A stretch of 64,000 nucleotides of DNA from Podarcis erhardii (lineage: Eukaryota). The translations under genes were made by a program, and so were the position numbers. The stretch lies in assembly GCA_964252035.1 (NCBI GenBank), contig OZ176207.1; one strand, given 5' to 3'. Positions 1 to 10,269 of this stretch are shown here, in pieces; position 1 is the first letter of the stretch, and every line of letters starts with the position of its first letter. The notes under the pieces are model-generated. The model was given only the letters and a program-made list of their open reading frames with translations. It was not told the DNA's origin and searched no databases.

Positions 1-1457
1 AAGTTTGCTAATGCCTATCTTTCTGTTTTGCAGGAAAGGATGGAGTTTTGTATTGTTCCAGAGGTGCATCACTGTTTGTTATCTGTGCCTTATTTGTTAG
101 AAAAAGGGTTTCAGGTTTGTTTCCAGGATGATGTCTGCACAATCTCCAAAGGGGAGAGGGTACTTGCCAAGGTTAAGAAGGGGCAGAATGATCTTTTCAT
201 TCTTAAAACGTCTCTTGGGGGTGAGGGGAAGGTTGAGAGAGCACAGGCGCAGCGTGCTACAGTTCCCGCTCATGTTACTTGTGCTTGTGTATGGCATCAG
301 AGGACTTTTCATGGTTCTCTAGAAGAACTGCAAGTGCTTCCTGAGGTTACCAGAGGGTGTAAAATTAGAGATTGTGGACGTGCCATTAGTTGTGACACAT
401 GCAAGCAGGCAAAGGTGAGAGGGTGCAGTTACCCAAAGGTGGAACGGGTAACCACTAAACCTTTTCAGCTGGTACACATAGATCTGTTCAATCCTGTCAG
501 GGAACAGAGTCTAGGGGGGGGGGCAGGTATCTGCTAACGTTTCAGGATGATTTTTCGCAGAACACCTGGACTCATGGTCTCAAATCCAGGGAGGATGCAG
601 CACAGCTGATCAGGAGCTGGATTGAGGGGGTGGAACTAAGGTTCTCCACCAAGGTGAAAGCAATCGTCAGTGACAGAAATGCTAGGTACACTGGTTCTGC
701 TTTGCAGCAGTTCTTTCACAAAAGAGGGATAAGTTACACGGTTACTTCACCCAGTAAGAGGGGGGTGGCAGAGCTGAGGAGTGAAGCTCTGGTTAAGGCT
801 GCACAGGTAATGCTAACGGAAGCTAGGTTACCTCCAAAGTTTTGGCTGGAGGCAGTCCGATGTGTGTCTTTCACCTGGAATCGTGTCTACAACTCGCTGG
901 TAGGTGACACACCGTACTCTTTGTTGAATGGCAGAAAACCCCAGGTTCACTTTCTGCGCAAGTTTGGATCTCCTGCGGTTGTCCCTGTGCCTAAGGCTTT
1001 GCAAGGGCTAGATGGAGCCAAAGTCCAGAAAATGATCTTCTGTGGGTATGAGCCAGACGCTCGTGCTTGGAGGTTTGCTTACCCGTCAGGTGATCAGAGT
1101 AAGGTGCTGATCAGTAAACACGCTGAGTTCTTTGAGCAGGATGAAAGGCCAAAGATTTCTGCACAGCGTGATGTTCTTTCAGAATGTCTCTCTGATCCAG
1201 AGGACAGTTCTGTTGAGGAGGAAGGAGAGGCTGAGTCTGCTGATGACGACCAGGCCACAGGTGCGTGGGTAAGTTTCGCACAGTGCGATTCTGAGAGTTG
1301 TGAGGTGATTCCACAGATGCCTAACAGGTACTCCAAGGGAGGGCGCAAGGCATTGGGGAAGGAATTGATCTCACAGGGTGTTACTGAAGATGTTACACAG
1401 GTCTTGTCAGAAAGCAACGCAAGGGGGTGTGTGAGAGTTCAGAACTTAACTGGTTAA
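1..1457 (+). CDS. Copia pol fragment (end of protease region plus integrase), split by one frameshift in a G10 run at 514-523
   Basis: Frame 1 is open from base 1 to 537. After the G-run the sequence reads GRYLLTFQDDFSQNTW... in frame with ORF 630-1457. The putative DDE residues are retained (HIDL, VSD, VAE). Confidence 0.85.
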
Positions 1458-1854
1458 GTGTTCTGAGATGTGCGTCACTTTCTGACGTCAGCTATAGAAG
1501 CTGGGAGGAGTCTGGGAGGAGACTGTACTTGTTATTCTCTCTGTGTGTCTTGAGAGAGACGGACATGTTTTACCATGGCTGAAAGAAGCCCCGGTCTTAG
1601 ATGGACTGAAATGTTTCAATAAAGAGCTGTAAATAGACGAACCTGTCTGTGTATGCTTGCATGGAGAAAAAGGGAGAAAAAGACTGCTTTACACCGCTGT
1701 ATGCTACTCTGCTAAGCCGTGGCTAAAGAGACAGCAGAATTTCTTGCGCAGCAAAGAAGGAAGTGTGCCGGACGCTGTAAATGACTGATTGGGATCGTAA
1801 AGCTATCAGAGGCCACGGCTCAACGATCAAGCTCCAAAGATCGTTATCTCAACA
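1428..1854 (+). repeat. Copia 3' LTR (~427 bp)
   Basis: It begins TGTGTGAGA directly after the PPT AAGGGGG (1421-1427) and ends TCTCAACA, a near-inverted terminal repeat. It contains TGACGTCA (1483-1490), a TATA-like CTATAGAA, and AATAAA near 1618. Confidence 0.75.
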
Positions 1855-3725
1855 AAAAATACATCCCCCCCTTTCGATACTCTTTCTTTCATTCCCTTGT
1901 TTCCTCGACCTCCTCTCACCTCCCTTTTTGTATTCCACTTCTACTAGTTATTTCAGCAAATCCTTTCCATCTTTCTCTATTCTCTATCATATTATAAATA
2001 ACATATTTTTTAACCTTATTTTAACATTAAAACTAAAATACTTATATATACTTAACTCCTTATAACATTTCTGCTAAATCCATAAAATATCAATCCACCA
2101 TTTTTCTATCACTCATTAATTTTGCGATATTTCTATATATAAACTTTAAATTTTCCAATCCTCTTCCATCAACTCCTCTCCCTGGCTTCGGATTCTGCCA
2201 GTCCTTTCCGTCAATTCCATATAGTCCATCAACCTGGAGATCTTATGTCCGAGGCTCTTGACACTTTTCCAGGTCCCTTCTGCAGATTTTCTTCATATTC
2301 TTTGATGCTAGAGAGCAAATCTCGAGAAAACTCCATCCTAACAATATTCAAGATTCCTCCAAATCCAAAGGCCCCCAAAACTTCAATCTCCTCCAAATCC
2401 AAGTCCATGTCCCAAAAGTCAATTAATGCCTGGATAGAGGGATCTTTCCAACTTTCCTTCTTCAGTCCAAGCCGGGATCCAATCCTCAAAGTCTGACTTT
2501 TTCTAGATTCAGTCATAAAAGGCCTCAATTTATAGTCCTCAATTTGCTTCTGTAAAACTAAGGATCCCGCTTGCGTTCTTTTAGGTTCAAAAACAACAAC
2601 TTTCTCCTTTTCCTCCACCATTTCTTCTGCCAAAGTAGGTTCCTGTGCCAGGTCCTGAATTATTTCTGTGTTGGTACTCGCTTTTTGTCTCAAATTAGTC
2701 ACTTTCTGTTCCAAATTATCAATTTTAAAAGTCATGTCATCCGTCATGTCATCCATCTTTTTATGAAACTCTTCCAGCGAATGGCTTATCTTACATAATG
2801 CAGTCACAATAACTTCTCCTATCAACATTTTGAATGGTCCAAGGTCAATCTCTGGTTCTCAGAATCCTTATCTTGCAGCTGGAGATCTCCCAGTTACACT
2901 CCTATAACAGTTTCAAAAGCTCCCTCTAGAGGGAAACAGTCTCCACTTGTATCAGTTCTTTCAAGCACAACTCAAGCAATAAACATAGTTTCGATTTTCA
3001 GTTACTTTTCCTCCATTTTAAATGCAGAAGAGGACAATGGAAACAGTATCTTACTCTTATTTTAACTAGCTGTCAAATCCGTTCTGTCAATGAACTTTCC
3101 CCAAACGTCATCTGGCAGCCCGTTCCCAGGTTCAGAGCTGTGGTAATTTGATTTTCCCCTCACTCCTGCAGGCTTACTAAGTTCAAATTTCCCCCCCTCT
3201 TCACCTGCTTCCAAGGGGGGTTTTGTATTTTTAACCGATGGAGATTTAATCCTTTGTCAAAAGCTTTCAAAGACTTTAGCTTGTAACGTCTTTGCTTCAG
3301 TCTATTTACAAAAGCGGAAGGCGGACTTCCTGTCTATGACCTTCCCACTTCGGCGCCAAATTAAGGTATTTAAAGATCCAATTTTCCGTTCTACTCACGG
3401 GTAGTTGTTTAAGATCCAATTGTCCACAGGAAAAAGTCAGCGCTCTCCAGCAACAGCAATGCGGCTTCACTCCGTGAAAGAAACAGTCGATTCAAAGCAC
3501 CGCGCCACTCATCCCACGTCGCTCCGGATCCCCAAAACAGGGTTTCCCTGCGAGTAGGGGAGGCGCAAAAGGTGCCAGCCGAATCCCAGATTCACAAGCT
3601 TCTCCCGCTTGTGATGTCAATGGGTCTCCGCCTTTGCCGTGGCGGTCAGACCCTGTTTTTCACGGAGTAAGTTCCTCCCGATCGGAGGAGCTCAGCCATT
3701 GCCGGAGGTGCCAACCCGGAAGTAG
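1855..3725 (-). mobile_element. L1-derived short non-autonomous retroelement (HAL1-like); extreme 3' end displaced by the copia insertion
   Basis: The 5' end ACTTCCGGGTT matches the element at 41042. A GC-rich 5' UTR precedes a single 199-aa ORF. The following sequence encodes MDYMELTERTGRIRSQGEELMEEDWK, homologous to the ORF2 C-terminus of the L1 at 49070-49200, and then an L1-like 3' UTR. Confidence 0.8.
2229..2828 (-). CDS. Element-encoded 199-aa protein; coiled-coil-like N-terminus resembling L1 ORF1p, C-terminus ASDIRSPG
   Basis: The ORF is intact. It has a heptad-like segment (FHKKMDDMTDDMTFKIDNLEQKVTNL), and its C-terminal similarity to ORF 41853-42428 is visible by eye. Confidence 0.6.
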   Translation of the reverse strand: MLIGEVIVTALCKISHSLEEFHKKMDDMTDDMTFKIDNLEQKVTNLRQKASTNTEIIQDLAQEPTLAEEMVEEKEKVVVFEPKRTQAGSLVLQKQIEDYKLRPFMTESRKSQTLRIGSRLGLKKESWKDPSIQALIDFWDMDLDLEEIEVLGAFGFGGILNIVRMEFSRDLLSSIKEYEENLQKGPGKVSRASDIRSPG

Positions 3726-4776
3726 GCAACTCTCCCCACATTTTAGACATAAGTGGCTGAATTTTTTTAAGCATGGCTGCCACTCCAGAGTGTATAAAGC
3801 CTCCTAAATTACAGCCAAATAATTCCTGGGGGTTTTGTGTGGAACCATTTTAAATTTATGAGTTGTTGTTTTTTAAAAAAACAAACACACACACACAATT
3901 TTTTTAAATGATCAGAACTGGATGACATTTGCAGACAAGCTTGATCCATCTGAGGGCATGGATCCTGGAAACTTTCAGAATAGCTGCAGTGGTTCTTCTG
4001 AAAGAACAGAGATTATAATCTGGAGGTAGTAATATACGAATCATGGTTTTTTGGGTTATCAATCTGAAACCTGAAAGAGGTGCTGAGGTAAGAAACATGA
4101 AAATTGTGGACAAGCAAATCCAGGTGTTTTGTGCTGGGTACTTACAAGTTGGGCCTCTCAGTCAAAATGGAGCTTTCTGTGTGTTTTTTCCTCACCACAT
4201 CCTATTTCCCTTAAGAGAAGGTCTTTATTTTGCACTTCTAAAGTTGCTTCCCAAAGTACCGGGATTGGAAAGCACTGGCAAAGTAATTTACTCTGATTAC
4301 AAACTGCACCTCTCAGTTTCAAAGGTATACTTTCCCTCTTCCCCATTCTGGAGTTTTTCTTAAGCTACAGATATAAATTTTGATTTTTAAAGTTACCTCC
4401 CTTTCTCCCCACACCCTCACCATTTTCTGTAATTATGTTGGTGTCTGGATTGCTGAGGCCTTGAAATACTTCAGGGTTCCTCCTTAGACTAGTGCCTGCC
4501 TTGCAGATATTTTGCTCTACCCTGCCTCATTATTTTGGATTCATACAAGTCCTTTGCACACCCATACTGGATTGTACCTGTCAGCTAGGTGCCGGGATGC
4601 CTGCCTCAATATAATGGGATGAACTGCAAATAGCACAATGGCAAGCCAACATTTTCTTGGTTTTAAGTTTAAAAATTGGTCTCAGTCACTGGTTTTCAAT
4701 GCCCTCTTCTGCTTGCTCTACATAATATTAATGTGACAGCTAAGCACTGGTACATTTACAGTTTTTTTAAACTTAC

Positions 4777-4788
4777 ACATTTGACCAC
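4777..4788 (-). other. Candidate 12-nt microexon (GTGGTCAAATGT) of an unidentified minus-strand gene
   Basis: The minus strand reads atttcaccttctctttctgcag|GTGGTCAAATGT|gtaagt, with a consensus acceptor and a perfect donor. The length preserves frame. Confidence 0.45.
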
Positions 4789-5425
4789 CTGCAGAAAGAG
4801 AAGGTGAAATCAGTCTGGGCAGTGGGCAGTGAAATGAACTGAAAGTCTGTGTAACTTGCAATGAAGGAGCTAAAATTTTACCCTTTGATTTATCTAACCC
4901 ATTGAAAACCAAGCTGTTCTGCTAAAAATATATATCTCAATATCAAGTGCTTTTGGTGAACTGCTCATAAAATTCCCAAAATGAAAGAGAAACAAAAAGC
5001 CTAAGAGAGACTAAAAATTTAATATATCTGAATAAATTATTACTCTATGCATATGAACTTCATGTGCATAAAAAGACTATTGTATGATACGAGTGAGACC
5101 TACAAAGGAATAGGGAGCAACATGTAGAACTTATGTTCAGGACTTCAGCTAGCTGGTTATGTCCCTTTTCATGACACTCTCTTCCATTGTCTTTCTACCC
5201 TGATCCTACTCCTCCCTCAAAAGACAGTAGCACCCCTTGTCCGTCAAGCATACTTACTCCTCATTAGAGTTTTTTTTTGGGGGGGGGTCTTCTAAGGGAG
5301 TCCTTCTCCCCAGGGGTTCTTCCCCTGCTTTCCATTCTTTTCCTACACTTTTTTTTTGCAAACCTTGGCATTTCCACAAGCCTGCTCTTGTGTATTTTTA
5401 CAACATAAAGAATGGCCTTCAAAGA

Positions 5426-5429
<4 letters not shown>

Positions 5430-5476
<47 letters not shown>
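5430..5476. repeat. Compound microsatellite (CT)n(GT)n
   Basis: Read directly from the sequence. Confidence 0.95.
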
Positions 5477-5814
5477 TACTATTCTAAAGAGTAACAAACT
5501 GTCATGTTTGTAAAAGTGTAAAGGTTTCCCTCCCTGTTTAATAAATCTTTCACACACTTGGTAAGGAAAAGGTGTGTTAGCCTGGAACGACACAATTACA
5601 ACAACACAGAGACACAAAATCTCCTAGTCAATAAAAATAGATACCTGGCCTGGAAAGAATCATATGGCAACATATATGTGGTAGCCATGCATATAATTTA
5701 CCCATATGGTGTTTAAGAGATTCATTGAGTAAAGTGCACAGCCATTAGCTAGGTGATATACTGAAAAGAGTTGATCAAAAAGACAGATTACTTTGAAAGG
5801 CACCTGTTTATCAT

Positions 5815-5816
<2 letters not shown>

Positions 5817-5851
<35 letters not shown>
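5817..5851. repeat. (CA)n microsatellite
   Basis: Read directly from the sequence. Confidence 0.95.
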
Positions 5852-5852
<1 letters not shown>

Positions 5853-6956
5853 TTCATCAATAAAAGTATTTCTATAGCACCATCTAATAAAATATCAGGG
5901 TGGTCTACAACTGTAACACACAAAGCTATAAATCACCTTGTCCATATGACTAGACATTACTTGGGCTGTATTTTGTATCTGTGGGTGGAAGTCAAAATTA
6001 ACTCAAATGGTGATACTTACAATTTTTTATTCACTCCCATATTGTGTGTGGGTATATAGATGAAGTTTTGTGTGCATAGCTGCTACCGTTCCGGCTTCTG
6101 GGTTTGTTTTCACTGAACATATTCACACAACCAGTCACCACATGCTGTTTCAAATTAGGATAAGAAAAGCACAGAAAGAAAAAAAGGTTGTGGGAATCAT
6201 TCTTAAGTTTAATGAGATCCCAAGGCTCATTCTTTATTTTTTGCTTACTGTGCACTTAAAACCATGCAACATTTTTCAAATTCATTTTAAATTACCATTT
6301 AGATACCATAGCTGTGGTCTTAGGGGCAGCAGCTCCAAGAAAGTGAGTGAAGTCGGAGCATGATCAATGACCCTGAATACTAGAACTGGCAATTCATAGA
6401 GAATCATTTTGAACTTAGTCTCACACATTGAGGAATCTAGTCTTTGTAGTTAGTCCCATAAATCCTAAGCCGTTTTATGAAAGATGCATTAACTTTCTAA
6501 TTGTTTTCTCACAGCAATGTGAACTGATCTTTCTTATTCTTTTTGTTTCTGCATCTTTTTAATAGAATTCTTCAGCATTTGATCATTGGGATTTTAATTG
6601 CCAACATGACTGTTTCCCCCCTGTGTCTGATATATATTCCATTTGTACTGTTTTCCAAAATGCACTTTATTCAGGATTATCTTGGCTTGGTACATTCAAG
6701 GTCTTATTGTCCATCTCTCCCACTTCCTTTGTTGCTCTATGAGTCCTTCTCTGACTATGGGATGGTAGGAGGTGGACCAAATATGCAAGTGACTGAAACC
6801 ATAGAAACAAGAGGCATATTTATTACAATTTTCAATGCACATATATGAGGGTGCATTTGTGGACAGAGATCAAAACTTTTGATACATATCTTAAGGCTTG
6901 GGTCAGTGTATTTGAGTGTTAGTCCTTCAGAGAGTCTGGTTCCAAACCATTTAGGC

Positions 6957-7205
6957 CAGGGGTAGGCAACCTAAGTCCCGGGGGCTGGATCTGGCCCATT
7001 CGCCTTCTCAACCCAGCCTGCGGACAGTCTGGGAATCAGCATGTTTTTACATGAGTAGAATGTGTCCTTTTATTTAAAATGCATCTCTGGGTGATTTGTG
7101 AGGCATAGGAATTTGTTCATACCCCCCCCCCCAATATAGTTCAGCCCACCACATGGTCTGAGGGAGGTGGACCAGCCCATGGCTGAAAAAGGTTGCTCAC
7201 CTCTG
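6957..7205. mobile_element. hAT-type MITE
   Basis: TIRs are CAGGGGTAGGCAACCT / AGGTTGCTCACCTCTG, with a perfect 8-bp TSD ATTTAGGC (6949-6956, 7206-7213). Confidence 0.9.
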
Positions 7206-8167
7206 ATTTAGGCTTTAAAGGCTAAAACTATCAATAATTTGGGCCTGGGAGTGAATAGGTAGCTACTGTAGCTGCCACAGAATGGGTGCAATATGTTCAG
7301 AGCACTGAGCTCCTACAAGCAACTGTTGTTGAAGCATTATGCGCCAAATGAAGGTTTGGGCCGTCTTTAAGAGCAGCTTCACAAAGAGTGCATTGAAGTT
7401 GTCCAACCTGGATGAAACCAATCCATTTGCACTGAGGGAAGACTTGTCCTTCCAAGATGATATTGCAATTGAGTAGCATATTATGTTGCTTTTGAGATTT
7501 GTTTCCCTCTGCAAATCACATCGAAATAGTCTGTTATTCTTTGTGACATTGATATGTGTTGAACAAAGCTGGAATAAGGGTAGGGCGCTTTTAAAAGCAG
7601 ATAGAGAACTGCTTTACTTTGGCACCAAGCAGAGTACTGTAGTAAGTGGAAAGAATGAGATGATACATCACTGATACTAACTAGCTAATGAAAGTGCTCC
7701 AGTGCAGAATATGTCAGATTTTGTATGCTTGAACAGCTAGCCTACTTTGCGAAATTAGTCATTAAATTCCCCATATCTATGAAAGAAGCTGGAAGGAGAT
7801 GCAGCATATTAAGCAGCCATGTTAAACCTTCCTGTTGTTGTTTTTTTAGTTTTAGCACAAAAAACAACAACCCAGTTTTTAAATGTTCAACTATCTTGCC
7901 TTGAAATGTAAAAACATTTCCTGTAATAAATTAGGTCGGAATCATAATATTTCTTCATAAATATTTGTGTAGAACAGGGGTGGATTCCTTCCTTTCTGCC
8001 AAAGGTCACATTCCCTCAGAAGCAATTTGTCAGGGATTGCATGCCAGAAATGGGTGGAGCTAAATCTAGTGGAAGGTGGGGCCAGAGCCAAAAATCAATG
8101 CGACCATGTCTTCTCACTCTTTCTGTGACTACATTTTGTCACTGTCTCTGACCCCAATTGCACTATA

Positions 8168-8424
8168 CAGTCGTAACTTGGTTCTCAAATGTAATCCATT
8201 CTGGAAGTCCATTCGACTTCCGAAAACGTTCAAAAACCAAGGCACAGCTTCTGATTGGCTGCAGGAGCTTCCTGCACTCAATCAGAAGCCACAGAAGCTG
8301 TGTCAAACGTTCAGTTTCCAAAAAACATACGCAAACTGGAACACTCACTTTTTGTGAGCATTTTGTGGCATTTGGGAGCCAAAACATACGAGTACCAAGG
8401 CGTTCAAGAACCAAGGTACGACTG
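8168..8424. mobile_element. Tc1/mariner (Tigger/pogo-like) MITE
   Basis: TIRs are CAGTCGTAACTTGGTTCT / AGAACCAAGGTACGACTG, flanked by TA on both sides. Confidence 0.85.
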
Positions 8425-10220
8425 TACTTTCAATTATAACCACTGGAAACATAGTTTGATTCAAATGAACTGCTTGATACATATCTTCCTAAACTGCAAA
8501 GAGATACAGGCTTAAATGTGAATAAGCTCATATTGCCGATTTTCAGCAGATGAAACACTTAGCACCAATAGTCTTTTCATGGAGGCATGGTTAATCCTGC
8601 ACTAGAACACAGCAGTCATGTGTAGGCTTATTTACACAATAAATGTTACGCCTATGTGAGCTGTCAATCACAACTGTGCATCAGTGTGTGTACAAACAGC
8701 TTGGTCAAAAATTGCTTTGTGTGAAACAAAAACATTTCTGTTTCAAGAAGTATATACTGGATCACTTCGATATCTTTGGAGAAATTCAAATGTATGAAAA
8801 GAGAAACTGCCTGAGCAAATATATATGTAGGCCTGAGGAACCCGATACAGAGCTCTTCAGATATTAGTGGACTGCAATTCACTGTCATTCCAGACCACTG
8901 AACATATAGGGAGTTGTAGTTGGGAGTTGTAGTTCAACAACATCTGGACACCACTCCTGCTGCAAACTCTCACAACACGTGCAACCCAATATTCCTGCCT
9001 TTGTGATGCTACCAAATGCCATAGGAATGTTGCAGTATTCCTATCCACTTGCTGCCACCATATCTTGAAATTTAAAAAGGCTTCTTTTTGTCTACACAAG
9101 CCTTCAAACAAGCCATTGTTCAACCTCAAAACTAACCCAGAACAAATATTTCCAGAGCCACTGTTTTCTTATATGATTTCCCCATTTACATTAAAGTAAA
9201 AATATTCAGAACACCATGCCTAAAACCAGCAGTTGCTTTCATGCAATCTATATATAGCACATAGAGCATTTTTATTCGATATGAAGTGGTCTGCGATCCT
9301 TCTCCCACCCGTAAGGATGCAGTGTTAGCTTGTGGCTAGTAGAATTAGATAGCAATTATCCACTACCCCATTACTTCTGGAGCATCTCTATTGATGTTGA
9401 TCAGAGTAATCTGGAGCAAATGGGTTTCTGATGAGACTCCATTTTTGCTTGCCCCCCCCCCCCGGCCATTTCTGTAATAACGACAGGCGGAATCACCAAA
9501 TGCCAGAAAATACCATCATGTTATTTATCACCCAATAAAAACAGCTGGCATCTGAGTAGTGCAATCTCTCTCTTTTTATTCTTTTTTACTTATTAACACT
9601 TTCCGTCTCTATTTCATAACAATTGTGTATGCTTATGCAATTTACTGCAAATTATTCTTTGGGAGAGATGAGACTATAGAAAATAGGCAACAGCAGCAAA
9701 TCAGTTTTATATGTTTAACTCAGCGGGGTTTCAAATCAATAACTAATGCATGAATTGAAGATATCCATAAATAATTTAATGCTTAGTGGGGCTCAGTGAC
9801 TATAAACTAATACTGCTATCATTTTTAGCACTGTTTACAACTGCACAGATGCTTTCCCTTTCCCAGGCATATTTTCCACAATTCATGCCTAGCGATGCCT
9901 TTTCTCTCCCGATTGTCCAATTCCATCTTCCATCAAGTATAAGGGGATGGGAGGGGCAAAATATTTATTTTGATACATGAATGTGTGGTTGCGGCCATCA
10001 TCTTAGAGGAGGCTTTCCTCCTGTGCAAGGAAGGAATTCCTCTTCTAAATCATCCCAAATTGTGGAAGGGGTGTGTGTGTGTAAATACTTACGTAAAAAA
10101 ACCTTAATGTTTAAGGGAAGGTTTTAATGTTTGATCTTTTATTGTGTTTTTAATATCCGGTTGGAAGCCTCCAAGAGTAGCTGGGGAGGCCCAGCCACAT
10201 GGGCTGGGTATAAGCAATTG

Positions 10221-10269
<49 letters not shown>
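10221..10269. repeat. (AAT)n microsatellite
   Basis: Read directly from the sequence. Confidence 0.95.

Larger units (their letters stand above)
1..1854 (+). mobile_element. Ty1/copia LTR retrotransposon, 3' part (pol fragment, PPT, 3' LTR); 5' part lies outside the window
   Basis: The reading frame carries the copia post-protease motif (VPEVHHCLLSVPYLLEKGFQVCF), the GAG-pre-integrase Zn finger (WHQRTFH...CDTC), the rve core (PFQLVHIDL...VSD...GVAE) and the C-terminal KMIFCGYE...AWRF motif. It is followed by a purine tract and an LTR. Confidence 0.9.

Noticed and set aside
7270-7475. Plus-strand terminal-exon-like peptides (EWVQYVQSTELLQATVVEALCAK; SSFTKSALKLSNLDETNPFALREDL)
   Set aside because: The acceptors are weak, the peptides are in different frames and I recognise no homolog.
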